Shown: one piece after another, positions 35,970-44,692 of the stretch | Layout: each line of letters opens with the position of its first letter | How positions within the stretch are numbered: position 1 is the first letter of the stretch | Made by a program: the position numbers and the translations under genes | The notes under the pieces: model-generated | Seen by the model: the letters and a program-made list of their open reading frames with translations, nothing else | Databases searched by the model: none | What the model was told of the DNA's origin: nothing | Assembly: GCA_964554785.1 (NCBI GenBank) | Contig: CAZKPW010000003.1 | Span: 98,243-162,242 of the forward strand | Length of the DNA: 64,000 nucleotides | Source of the DNA: an uncultured Candidatus Peribacteria bacterium | GTDB lineage: Bacteria > Patescibacteriota > Gracilibacteria > Peribacterales > Peribacteraceae | Reading direction: 5' to 3'

Positions 35970-36116
35970 CGCCAAAAACGCGAGTCTGGAGGACGAAGTG
36001 TTTTCTGGCTTGGACGGGTTATCCTGAGCGAACGAATGGGTATCCCGCTCTAAATAGCTCTTTTAGCCTGTTCGCAACCTCGCTTTTTGGGTCAATTTGT
36101 GCTACAATAATTCGAT

Positions 36117-36620
36117 ATGGTCTTTTCTCTCTCTCACACACAAAAGACGGGCCTGAAGACACTTTTCCTCACGATGCTGGTGATGGGTTCTTTTGCCGTG
36201 CATGTACAGCAGTCCGGCGCGGTTGGTTGTCCGGGTGCATGCGGTCCGGGAACCTATTGTTCGGCCGCAGGTACCTGTGTTCCTACGAGTACGACAGGGG
36301 GAAAGCCGCTCCTTATTCCAAAAGGCAATCTTCGCTTATTGCAACCGCTCGACGATACAACCACATCACTTCCGCCGAGTGCGGGTATTCTGATTTTCTT
36401 CGTCTACTTCGATATTGCGTGGCCTTGGATTCTCGGGATTGCGGCGGGTGTCGGGGTGTTGCAGGCATTGGTGGGAGGAGTGCAGATCATGCTTTCGGGA
36501 AGCGACAGCGGTATGCGCGAAAGTGGGAAGGGGAAAATTATGTGGGCGCTTGCCGGGCTTCTGATGGTCGGACTTGCCGGCTTTATTCTGCGTTCTATTA
36601 ATCCGCTGTTTTATAGATAA
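36117..36620 (+). CDS. T4SS pilin-like (VirB2/TrbC-type) protein, paralog 1
   Basis: Signal peptide, Cys/Gly-rich segment, two TM helices around GGVQIMLSGSDSGMRESGKGKIMWALAGLLMV. Confidence 0.65.
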   Translation: MVFSLSHTQKTGLKTLFLTMLVMGSFAVHVQQSGAVGCPGACGPGTYCSAAGTCVPTSTTGGKPLLIPKGNLRLLQPLDDTTTSLPPSAGILIFFVYFDIAWPWILGIAAGVGVLQALVGGVQIMLSGSDSGMRESGKGKIMWALAGLLMVGLAGFILRSINPLFYR

Positions 36621-36622
36621 TT

Positions 36623-37237
36623 ATGGTTCGTATTTTTTCATTCGTCGGCGCACTTCTGGTTTCACTTTTTGCGGTGCCGGCTGCACTCGCAGTCACGCTT
36701 CCGAATGCGCCGTGTACGTCCGATTTGTTTGGATGTGGAGGTGGTGCGAAGAATGTCATTATGAGTGCGCTCATAGGGCCGAACGGGATTGCGGTTATGC
36801 TATTGCAGATTTCTGCGGGATTGGCGGTTCTCTTTATTATTTGGGCCGGTTTCCAGATGGTGATTAGTATGGGTGAAGAAGGAAAATTGACTCAATATAA
36901 ATGGGGCATGGCGTATGCGCTCATCGGGCTTTCCGTGTCTATTCTTGCACAGTTCGTTATTTCCACCGTCGGTACGCAGAACTACGGTCAGGTGGGAGCG
37001 GTTACCAATCTGCCGCTGAACCTGCTTGCGAGCGGTGCCAAGATTTTGCGCATTATGCTCAATGCCGCGTTCGTGATTATTCTTGTGATTGCTGCACTCA
37101 AGATGTTGTATGCACAGGGAAAGGCCGACGACTACAACACGGGAAAGAAAATGCTGACGTGGGCAATTGTGGGAGCGGTTCTTGTAAACTTGTCTGCAGC
37201 ACTGGTGACAGTCGTTATTCAATTCTTCGGTGTCTAA
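36623..37237 (+). CDS. T4SS pilin-like protein, paralog 2 (internally duplicated module)
   Basis: Two consecutive pilin cores: WAGFQMVISMGEEGKLTQYKWGMAYALIGL and AALKMLYAQGKADDYNTGKKMLTWAIVGAVL. Confidence 0.65.
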   Translation: MVRIFSFVGALLVSLFAVPAALAVTLPNAPCTSDLFGCGGGAKNVIMSALIGPNGIAVMLLQISAGLAVLFIIWAGFQMVISMGEEGKLTQYKWGMAYALIGLSVSILAQFVISTVGTQNYGQVGAVTNLPLNLLASGAKILRIMLNAAFVIILVIAALKMLYAQGKADDYNTGKKMLTWAIVGAVLVNLSAALVTVVIQFFGV

Positions 37238-37632
37238 TGTTTTTTCTTACTTTGTTTTTCGGCGCTTTTATTCCTACTGCTTTTGCAGACACACTGGAAA
37301 CAGCCGGTAATGGCGGTGCCGGAGTGAGCGCAATGTGGGCGCAAATTTGTGCCGTGCTTCCATGCGTATCGACCGGTGGAGCCGGAGGCAGGGGATTGGT
37401 AACCGCGCTCGCAAATGCGGCTATCACGTTTATTTTCCCGCTGATTGCAGTGGTAGCGGTATGTATGGTGATGTATGCCGGTATTCTGATTGTGACCAGT
37501 AACGGTAGTGAAGATAAAATCAGCGAAGCAAAGAAAGTCATTCTGTATGCATCTGCCGGTGTTATTTTGAGTCTTTTGACCAGTGCGGTCGTTGGATACC
37601 TTACGTATTACTTGAACATTATTCTGAGCTAA
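37237..37632 (+). CDS. T4SS pilin-like protein, paralog 3
   Basis: TAATG start/stop overlap with paralog 2. Signal peptide MFFLTLFFGAFIPTAFA, core MYAGILIVTSNGSEDKISEAKKVILYASAGVIL. Confidence 0.6.
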   Translation: MFFLTLFFGAFIPTAFADTLETAGNGGAGVSAMWAQICAVLPCVSTGGAGGRGLVTALANAAITFIFPLIAVVAVCMVMYAGILIVTSNGSEDKISEAKKVILYASAGVILSLLTSAVVGYLTYYLNIILS

Positions 37633-37696
37633 GGAGGGCGGAATTCGGGTTGCTTTGGCGTGCAGAGAGCCAATTTTTCGCTATACTTTGCCCCAT

Positions 37697-39274
37697 ATGT
37701 CCCGTCACTATATTACGACCGCCATCGATTATCCGAATGCCAACCCGCACATGGGTCATGTGTTGGAGAAAGTATTGGCCGATGTCATGGCTCGGTGGTT
37801 TCGTCTGAAAGGCGATGAAGTGCGTTTTCAAATCGGGACCGATGAGCATGGTATTAAGATTCAGCAGACTGCGGAAAAAGAAGGCCTTACGCCGCGCGAG
37901 TTGGTAGATAGGAACGTGCCGTTTTTCCAGGAGCTCTATGCAAAGCTCGGTATTTCTGCCGATGTCTTTGTGCGCACCACGGACTCCGAGAAACACTGGC
38001 CGACCGTCGTGGCACTCTGGAATCGTTTGCGCGAGAAAGGCATGCTCGAAAAGCGTACGTACACAGGACTCTATTGTTCCGGTTGTGAGCGGTTCCTTAC
38101 GAAGCGCGATCTTATTGAAGGAGTGTGCGATATCCATAAACGTCCGCCCGAAGAAGTGAAGGAGGAAAACTGGTTTTTCAAATTGAGCGAGGAGACTGCA
38201 TGGTTGAAAGAACTGCTCGAAACAACCTATAAAATTATTCCGGACAGTCGCAAAAACGAAACAATGACTCTTATCGATCAAGGGCTGGAAGATGTATCGT
38301 TTTCGCGTCCGAAGAGCAGCTTGAGTTGGGGCATTCCCGTTCCCGACGATGATAATCAAGTGATGTATGTGTGGTGCGATGCGCTCACGAATTATATTTC
38401 CGGACTGAATTATTTCGGGGCAAATGACGGATCGGCTAGCCACGCGAAGCGCTCCGCAGAGGGCGAAGTGTGGTGGGATAAAGCGATTGTGACGCATGTC
38501 ATTGGAAAAGATATCGCGCGCTTCCATGCCCTTATTTGGCCGGCCATGTTGAAAGCTGCGGATATCAAAACACCGGATCAATTGCTCATTCACGGATTCC
38601 TGACCAGTGACGGACAGAAGATGAGTAAGAGTCTTGGAAACGTCGTAAAACCGGAAGAAGTACTCGCGCATTTTAACGGAAACCCGGACCCGCTTCGTTT
38701 CTATTTAAGCCATGAAGTGCCGGTGGGGAATGACGGAGATTTCAGTTGGAAGCGTATTGATGAAGTCTACGACAGCAAGCTTCGCAATCAGTTGGGGAAT
38801 ATGCTCAACCGCGTGCTCGTGATGCTGCGCAAGGAAAACGCGTCGCTCACTATTCCGCTCAGCGCGGAAGACGCACAAAGTACCGCGGGATTCTGGAGCA
38901 CATTCGAAGAATCGATGGACCGATTTGAAGTGCATGCAGCCATTCAAAGCCTGACAGCCGGCATCGATCAAATGAATGCAAACTTCAACACGGCACAGCC
39001 GTGGAAATTGGAAGGTGCAGAACGCATCACCGTGCTTTCCACATTTGCAGAACTTCTCAGACTCACGGCGCTGATGTTATTGCCGTTTATTCCGGATACC
39101 GCCTATCGCATGAGTAAACAGCTCGGTGTCCCGTATGCAGAAGCGATGCTCGACAAGAATTTTGCTCTGACCGATGCCATGAAAGCATGGGGTGGGATGA
39201 CGGATTGGAAGACGGTGGGGGAGCCGTCGATTTTGTTTGCACCACTTGAAAAGCCTGTAGAAAAGAGTGTCTAG
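37697..39274 (+). CDS. metG: Methionyl-tRNA synthetase (short form)
   Basis: YITTAIDYPNANPHMGHV (HIGH-type), CSGCERF zinc knuckle, KMSKSLGNVV. The ATG at 37697 is preferred. Confidence 0.95.
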   Translation: MSRHYITTAIDYPNANPHMGHVLEKVLADVMARWFRLKGDEVRFQIGTDEHGIKIQQTAEKEGLTPRELVDRNVPFFQELYAKLGISADVFVRTTDSEKHWPTVVALWNRLREKGMLEKRTYTGLYCSGCERFLTKRDLIEGVCDIHKRPPEEVKEENWFFKLSEETAWLKELLETTYKIIPDSRKNETMTLIDQGLEDVSFSRPKSSLSWGIPVPDDDNQVMYVWCDALTNYISGLNYFGANDGSASHAKRSAEGEVWWDKAIVTHVIGKDIARFHALIWPAMLKAADIKTPDQLLIHGFLTSDGQKMSKSLGNVVKPEEVLAHFNGNPDPLRFYLSHEVPVGNDGDFSWKRIDEVYDSKLRNQLGNMLNRVLVMLRKENASLTIPLSAEDAQSTAGFWSTFEESMDRFEVHAAIQSLTAGIDQMNANFNTAQPWKLEGAERITVLSTFAELLRLTALMLLPFIPDTAYRMSKQLGVPYAEAMLDKNFALTDAMKAWGGMTDWKTVGEPSILFAPLEKPVEKSV

Positions 39275-39560
39275 TTTTATTGACATATTGCACGATGTAT
39301 GAGATTGTATACATAGCCTCTTTTTCCCAAGGAGAGGTGAGGGACGGGCATTTAGGCACCTGCCACAGTTTGCCGTCGCCTTCCCGGGTCTCATTCCTTC
39401 AATTGCACCATCAATTGAAATTGTAGGGAATGAGACCTCCCTCCTATGCTTTTCATTTTGGACACCTTTTGATAGGCTGTCTCCGCTCTCACACCAACTG
39501 ATGCAAGAACATTGCTGAAAGAAGAGATGGAGGGCGACGTACTTTTTCCCCATTCTTTGT

Positions 39561-39875
39561 ATGTTTGATCCTATGTCAGAACTGACAGGCGGAATGCCTC
39601 AGGATGATCAGCCGATGCAACAGGCTGCTCCTGCTCCTCACCAGGGAGGTTTTAGCGGCGGCAACCGTTCGTTCGCGGATGATATTCATTCCGTCACGAT
39701 CCACGCTCGTCAGCGCACGTTTTACATCGACTTGAAGAAGTCCGGCAACGGCAAGTTCTTCAAAATCTCCGAGAAGTCTCGTGGTGGTCAGAAGACGACC
39801 ATTATGTTCGACTCCGAAGATCTCGATCAGTTTATCAGCGCGCTCAATGAAATGAAGACGAAGCTCGTTGCGTAA
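39561..39875 (+). CDS. PUR-alpha-like (DUF3276-type) nucleic-acid-binding protein
   Basis: IHSVTIHARQRTFYIDLKKSGNGKFFKISEKSRGGQKTTIMFDSEDLDQFISALNEM matches the bacterial single PUR-repeat pattern. Confidence 0.65.
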   Translation: MFDPMSELTGGMPQDDQPMQQAAPAPHQGGFSGGNRSFADDIHSVTIHARQRTFYIDLKKSGNGKFFKISEKSRGGQKTTIMFDSEDLDQFISALNEMKTKLVA

Positions 39876-39918
39876 TTGAAGATTCCGAGGATTCCAATGA
39901 TTCCGACAATACCGAAGA

Positions 39919-39946
39919 AACCGAGGAGTGATTCTCGGTTTTTTTT
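39919..39946 (+). terminator. Rho-independent terminator
   Basis: aaccgag-gagtgatt-ctcggtt followed by tttttt. Confidence 0.7.
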
Positions 39947-39962
39947 GTATACGTGTCATATT

Positions 39963-40038
39963 GAGCTCGTCGAAATATGAATGTGTGTCGACACTTCGCC
40001 CCCTAAGGGGGCCCCTTGGGTCGAGCTCAGGGTGACAC
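39963..40038. repeat. Second copy of the gagctcgtcgaa ... cgagctcagRgtgacac element
   Basis: gagctcgtcgaa..(cccctaaggggg)..gggtcgagctcagggtgacac. Compare 264-325. Confidence 0.65.
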
Positions 40039-40039
40039 T

Positions 40040-40071
40040 AAAAAGCCCGTTGATCGTGATGATCAACGGGC
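40040..40071 (-). terminator. Rho-independent terminator closing the fmt-tRNA operon
   Basis: gcccgttgatc-gtgat-gatcaacgggc with ttttt on the minus strand. Confidence 0.75.
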
Positions 40072-40073
40072 AG

Positions 40074-40145
40074 AACGCCGGACGGGGATCGAACCCGCGA
40101 CATCGTCATTGGCAATGACGCGCTCTACCACTGAGCTACTGGCGT
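40074..40145 (-). tRNA. tRNA-Gly-like (anticodon GCC), A1:U72, no encoded CCA
   Basis: ACGCCAG/CCGGCGT acceptor (one A-C mismatch), GCTC-AGTGGTA-GAGC, CGTCA-TTGCCAA-TGACG, GCGGG-TTCGATC-CCCGT. Confidence 0.7.
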
Positions 40146-40155
40146 AAAAAGGAAT

Positions 40156-40230
40156 TGGCGCCACTCGGATTCGAACCGAGAACCTTCTGCCTGGAAAGGT
40201 CAGATGCTCTGCCTATTGAGCTATGACACC
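40156..40230 (-). tRNA. Atypical tRNA with an expanded anticodon arm (possibly UUC/Glu); no encoded CCA
   Basis: GGTGTCA/TGGCGCC, GCTC-AATAGGCA-GAGC, CTCGG-TTCGAAT-CCGAG are canonical. The anticodon arm is TCTGAC-CTTTCCA-GGCAGA, 2 nt longer than standard. Confidence 0.55.
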
Positions 40231-40265
40231 GATCGGAAAGATCTTTCTATCCCGTGGGACAGAAG

Positions 40266-40339
<74 letters not shown>

Positions 40340-40356
40340 GCTCTTTTGAATGAAAA

Positions 40357-40430
40357 CTCGGGCGGAGGGATTCGAACCCACGAATTACCGATTAAGAAGC
40401 GGTCGCCTTTGGCCACCTGGCTACACCCGA
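40357..40430 (-). tRNA. tRNA-Lys-like (anticodon CUU), U1:A72, no encoded CCA
   Basis: TCGGGTG/CGCCCGA, 3-bp D stem, ACCGC-TTCTTAA-TCGGT (C31-U39 mismatch), GTGGG-TTCGAAT-CCCTC (one mismatch). Confidence 0.65.
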
Positions 40431-40471
40431 TCACAAAAGAGTGGCAGATTCTAGGGCGTATGTTTTATTTG

Positions 40472-41350
40472 TCAATTCCGGAGGCCCCGCCTCCAATCCG
40501 CTGCCTTCATTGGCTTTTTCCCCGCTTCTTGAATTACGGCTAGATAGAGTGTTGATCCATTGGCACAGGGCAGGGGAATGCTGTCTGCAGCTTCCGTGAG
40601 CGATGCTTCGATGAGTTTGAGTTCGTGACCTTCAATACTTGTTATGACTCCAGGCCACGGATTCAGTGCGCGGATGCGACGATCAATATCGATGGCGGTC
40701 ATGGTGGATGTATCGATGTTCGCATCCTCGCGGGAGAGTTTGGTGCAGATGGTAATGCCGGTTTCGGGTTGAACTTTTGGTTCGAGTGGCTTTTTAAGAG
40801 TTTCTGCCAAAAGAGTTGCTCCTATCTTACTCAACTTTTCACGCATCGATGTATTCGTATCGGTCTGGCCGATGTGCATGGTGGCAATAGAAAGAATGGG
40901 ACCTTCGTCCAAGCCTGCTCCCATAATTTGTACTGTCACTCCCGTCTCGGTATCACCATTTAAAATTGCATGCTCCACCGGCGATGCTCCGCGCCAGCGC
41001 GGGAGGATGGAACCGTGCACATTGATGGGGGCGATTTTTGGGAGATCCAGAATCGGTTGTTTCAGAATTTTTCCATAGGCAACCACAATCAAAAAATCCG
41101 GACGACCGATGTTGTGCGCCTCTAAATATGCCGGTAATTCTGCGTTGATATTTTCCGGCTGGAACACGGGAATATTTTTTTCGAGTGCGAGCGTCTTTAC
41201 GGGCGGCGGCGTAAGAAGCTGTTTTCTTCCGACGGGACGATCGGGTTGTGTGATAACAAGTGCCACATGAAACGCCGCATCACTCAGCAGTAATTGCAGA
41301 GAGGGGACGGCGAAGTCCGGGGTGCCGCAGAAGATGATGCTATGGGCCAT
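40472..41350 (-). CDS. fmt: Methionyl-tRNA formyltransferase
   Basis: IIFCGTPDFAVPSL..PDRPVGRKQ..INVHGSILPRWRGASPVEHAIL. Confidence 0.95.
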   Translation of the reverse strand: MAHSIIFCGTPDFAVPSLQLLLSDAAFHVALVITQPDRPVGRKQLLTPPPVKTLALEKNIPVFQPENINAELPAYLEAHNIGRPDFLIVVAYGKILKQPILDLPKIAPINVHGSILPRWRGASPVEHAILNGDTETGVTVQIMGAGLDEGPILSIATMHIGQTDTNTSMREKLSKIGATLLAETLKKPLEPKVQPETGITICTKLSREDANIDTSTMTAIDIDRRIRALNPWPGVITSIEGHELKLIEASLTEAADSIPLPCANGSTLYLAVIQEAGKKPMKAADWRRGLRN

Positions 41351-41390
41351 TGGTTGTTAGTGTACAGCATGATCGGCGCCGTAAAATCCG

Positions 41391-41536
41391 AAATACGAAG
41401 CGCGAAATACGAGGCAAATGTGAATGATAAAAATTGAAAAGTGAATAGTGAAACAATAGAGAACTGTTTTATTTTTTAATGTTTGCATTTCAAAATTTAT
41501 TCTTGCCTCGTATTTCGTATTTCGCGCTTCGTATTT
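41391..41536. repeat. Long inverted repeat, family 2 (aaatacgaa oligomers), in the fmt/nrnA divergent spacer
   Basis: Left arm aaatacgaagcgcgaaatacgaggcaa (41391-41417). Right arm ttgcctcgtatttcgtatttcgcgcttcgtattt (41503-41536). The right arm has one extra 7-nt unit, and the loop is an ~85-nt A+T-rich segment. Confidence 0.8.
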
Positions 41537-41646
41537 ATTTCTCTGTCATCTTTTACATGCATCTTGTTATAAGAATAAACAGCATCCTATCAAGCAACAG
41601 CACTTCATTGTCGCAAAAGAGAAATAGTCGTATTGTGAGACCCTTT

Positions 41647-42633
41647 ATGCCTCTCACTTCTGCAGACGCGCACGCGGCATCCGATCTCCTCTCGAAAGCA
41701 AAACGTATTGCGTGCATCTGTCATCGGGGGCCGGATGGTGATGCAATCGGATCGGTCGTGGCGATTGCTCTTCTTCTCGAACAAAATTTCCCCGATGCGA
41801 AGGTGACCATACACTGCGTGGATCCGGTGCCGGAGACTTTTTTGTTTATTGAGGCAGCCAAACGCATTGCGGGTGCGCCGATTTTTCAGGAAGGGGACAG
41901 CGCGGTGATAGTGGATTGTGCGGAGGCAAAAATGACCGAGATGCATGTGACGCATCCGCAGCTTTTTGACGGAACTATTCCCACCGTGATGATTGATCAT
42001 CATCCGGGAAATCCGCGTTTTGGGACCGTGAATCTTCTCATTCCGGAAGCGGCATCGACGTGTGAAATCATTGTGGCTCTGGCAGATGCGCTCAACTGGC
42101 ATATCGATAACGATGTCGCAACGGCGCTTCTTACAGGCGTGTATACCGATACGGGAGGTCTCTTGCATAGCAATACCACACCGGGCGTGTATCGCGCCGT
42201 AGGTCGTTTATTGCGTGCCGGTGCGCGTCAGCAAATGATTGTGACTGCGGTCTTCCGGACGGCAAAATTGAGTACGCTTAAATTGTGGGGTCGAGTGCTC
42301 GAAAAGATCAGCGTGACGGAAGAGGGAGGGGCAATATCTGCAGTCACTCAAGGGGATTTCCGTGCGACGGGGGCGGATTATTCCGAACTTGCCGGTGCCA
42401 TCGATTACGTGAATGCAGTCCCGGGTATGCGCTTTTCCATGGTACTGTCCGAGCGTGACGGTAAAGTGAAAGGCAGCCTCCGCACTCTAAGGGATGACGT
42501 GGATGTGGCTGCAATGGCCGGAAACTTCAGCGGCGGCGGACACAAGAAGGCGGCGGGATTCGCGCTCAACGGAAAACTAAAACCGGAAGTACGCTGGAAG
42601 GTGATTGAGGAAGAGACCGAAGAGAAAAATTAA
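41647..42633 (+). CDS. DHH/DHHA1 phosphoesterase (NrnA-like)
   Basis: ICHRGPDGDAIGS.., MIDHHPGN, GGGHKKAAGF. The Met at 41647 is preferred because the longer ORF crosses the inverted repeat. Confidence 0.85.
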   Translation: MPLTSADAHAASDLLSKAKRIACICHRGPDGDAIGSVVAIALLLEQNFPDAKVTIHCVDPVPETFLFIEAAKRIAGAPIFQEGDSAVIVDCAEAKMTEMHVTHPQLFDGTIPTVMIDHHPGNPRFGTVNLLIPEAASTCEIIVALADALNWHIDNDVATALLTGVYTDTGGLLHSNTTPGVYRAVGRLLRAGARQQMIVTAVFRTAKLSTLKLWGRVLEKISVTEEGGAISAVTQGDFRATGADYSELAGAIDYVNAVPGMRFSMVLSERDGKVKGSLRTLRDDVDVAAMAGNFSGGGHKKAAGFALNGKLKPEVRWKVIEEETEEKN

Positions 42634-44633
42634 GCATTCTTCTCTGCATCCTTCTTTTGTTCCGCAGCTCTCTGCTGAGCGGCTACTTCGCTTGGCTTGG
42701 TGGTAATCAACTTGGATTCTTCGGGACTGGCGATGATTTCCACGGCCACATGTTTGTATCCAGCGAACAAGATTCCTTGTCCCACATCGGAGTTGAGGAG
42801 CACGTACTTTTCACCGTCCGTCAGGTAGAAGAGTTTCTGCAAACTATCCACGGTAGTCGGTGACTGTTTCATGAGAAGCTGCAACGAGGAGTTTGTGATG
42901 ATGGGTTTTCCAAAGGGGGACTCCACGAAGTCATCCACGTCCTGCGTGATGGTCGTGACACCCAAGTAATACTTACGGGCCCGCTTCACAATTCCATACA
43001 AGAAACGTGCCGAGTCTTCGTGCTGCATAAGGTTCCAGGCTTCATCAATCACGAGGATGCGCTTCTTCAGTTCCGTACGGATACGGTTCCAGAGGAAGTT
43101 CAATACCACGTAGATGGCAATGGGGCGGAGCTGTTCTTCAAGATCGCGGATCTGGAAGACAATCATCTGCTTATCCAATTCCACATTTGTCTTTTGATCG
43201 AACAACCCTGCGAAGCTTCCCGTCGTATACTTCTGCAGCACGCGACCCATGTTCTCGCCGCCATCGGTGGTCATAAGCACATCCACGAGCTGTCCGAGTG
43301 TGGGAGGCGTATTGGCGGTCAGGTCATCGGTGGTGAGGGTGATTCCATTGAGTGCGTAGGTATCCAAAATTGCTTTATCCAGCACACCGTCTTCTGTTGG
43401 TGTAATGGGGCCAAGCATCAATTTCAGAAGTCCGTGGATATTGATCACTGCGGAACGGAGTACTTCTCCGGGGGCCGCTTCATCGCCGCGGATGGCCTTG
43501 GGAAGGTCGAACGGGTTGATGCGATAGGGGCTTTGGATGGAGAGCGGAATGAAGGAACCACCTACCGCTTCACAGAGGTTGGTGTATTCGTTTTCCGGAT
43601 CGACCACCAGCACTTCGGTGCCAAGCATCAGGTAGCGCAGAAGTTCCAACTTCGCGGTGAAGGACTTACCTGCACCGGAGGTGGCGAAGATGTTGCTGTT
43701 GGCGTTCGGGAGATCGAAGCGATCGAACAGAACCAAGGAATCGTTGTGGCGGTTAATACCGTAGAGGATGCCGTGGTCGTCGGTTAAGTCGCTAGAGCTA
43801 AAGGGGAAGCTTGCCGCCAGCGGCGACGTATTCATGTTGCGATTGATCTCAATTTCATCCACACAAAGGGGAAGGGCGCTCGTCCACGCGTGTTCCATTT
43901 GGAACATGGCAGGCTTTGTAAGCACCAATTTTCCTCCAAGCAGAGATTCAAGATCGGTCTGGAGCTTCTTCAGATGCTCCTCGTCTTCGGCATACACCGT
44001 AATGTACATACCGAACTGGAAGAGCTTTTCCTGTCCGCGCGCAAGAAGATCGCGCAGTTCTTCCGCGTCTTGCAGAGCCGCTTCCAGGGTCGGATCGCGC
44101 ACAATTCCGCGCTGTTCCAACATACGGATAGAGGAGCGAAGTTCCGCAACTTTCTTGCGGAGCATTTTCATAATCGCTTTGTTTGAGCTGGGGTAAATGT
44201 ACTGCGCAATATCCATGGTGGCCGTCATATTAATGGTCTGTGCCAGCCAGTTTGGATAAATATAGTTCGGCCAGTTATAGGTGTAGAACGTCCGCGCGTA
44301 GAGGTCGTTCATAATAATATCTTTGTTGCGCACCTGCATGCCCGCAGGGGCAATGAGGTCGAGCATTTTCTGCAATCCTTCCTCGTAGCGTTTGACCGCT
44401 TCGCGTTCTTCGGGAGTCAGACTTTCGTCTTCTTTTTTATCCAAGATTTTTTTTGTTTGCTGATGAAGTCCCAGAAGTTCGTCAATAGCCTGCATGACCG
44501 GAGGCTCTTTTTTCATGCTCAAAACGGGAGCCGAAGGGATAGGTGTTGCAGCTGCAGCATCGGTACTTGGCTGAACATCATCGGGAAGGACGTTTTCAGG
44601 GAGGGGGCCGACTATGTTATTTGTGTCTGGCAT
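42630..44633 (-). CDS. VirB4/TraC-type type IV secretion ATPase
   Basis: 667 aa. LIAPAGMQV..DLYARTFYTYNWPNYIYPNWL..MDIAQYIYP, Walker A FATSGAGKSFTAK, Walker B RILVIDEAWNLM. Confidence 0.85.
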   Translation of the reverse strand: MPDTNNIVGPLPENVLPDDVQPSTDAAAATPIPSAPVLSMKKEPPVMQAIDELLGLHQQTKKILDKKEDESLTPEEREAVKRYEEGLQKMLDLIAPAGMQVRNKDIIMNDLYARTFYTYNWPNYIYPNWLAQTINMTATMDIAQYIYPSSNKAIMKMLRKKVAELRSSIRMLEQRGIVRDPTLEAALQDAEELRDLLARGQEKLFQFGMYITVYAEDEEHLKKLQTDLESLLGGKLVLTKPAMFQMEHAWTSALPLCVDEIEINRNMNTSPLAASFPFSSSDLTDDHGILYGINRHNDSLVLFDRFDLPNANSNIFATSGAGKSFTAKLELLRYLMLGTEVLVVDPENEYTNLCEAVGGSFIPLSIQSPYRINPFDLPKAIRGDEAAPGEVLRSAVINIHGLLKLMLGPITPTEDGVLDKAILDTYALNGITLTTDDLTANTPPTLGQLVDVLMTTDGGENMGRVLQKYTTGSFAGLFDQKTNVELDKQMIVFQIRDLEEQLRPIAIYVVLNFLWNRIRTELKKRILVIDEAWNLMQHEDSARFLYGIVKRARKYYLGVTTITQDVDDFVESPFGKPIITNSSLQLLMKQSPTTVDSLQKLFYLTDGEKYVLLNSDVGQGILFAGYKHVAVEIIASPEESKLITTKPSEVAAQQRAAEQKKDAEKNA

Positions 44634-44692
44634 GCGAAAAACTTATCTCATTAGTATAGCATAAACCCTCTTTTGCTGCAACCGTCTGAAAC

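Noticed and set aside
37619-38671. 350-aa minus-strand ORF
   Set aside because: It is antisense to the clearly conserved metG reading frame.
39275-39560. SRP RNA, tmRNA, RNase P RNA or 6S RNA in the metG-PUR spacer
   Set aside because: I could not find the helix-8 GNRA/AGCA motif, a tRNA-like end, the P4 GAGGAAAGUCC-type core, or a 6S-like long bulged helix. It is kept only as an unclassified structured candidate.
41479-41646. N-terminal 56 residues of the DHH ORF as given in the track
   Set aside because: They are translated from the A+T-rich loop and right arm of the inverted repeat. The conserved DHH sequence starts after the Met at 41647.
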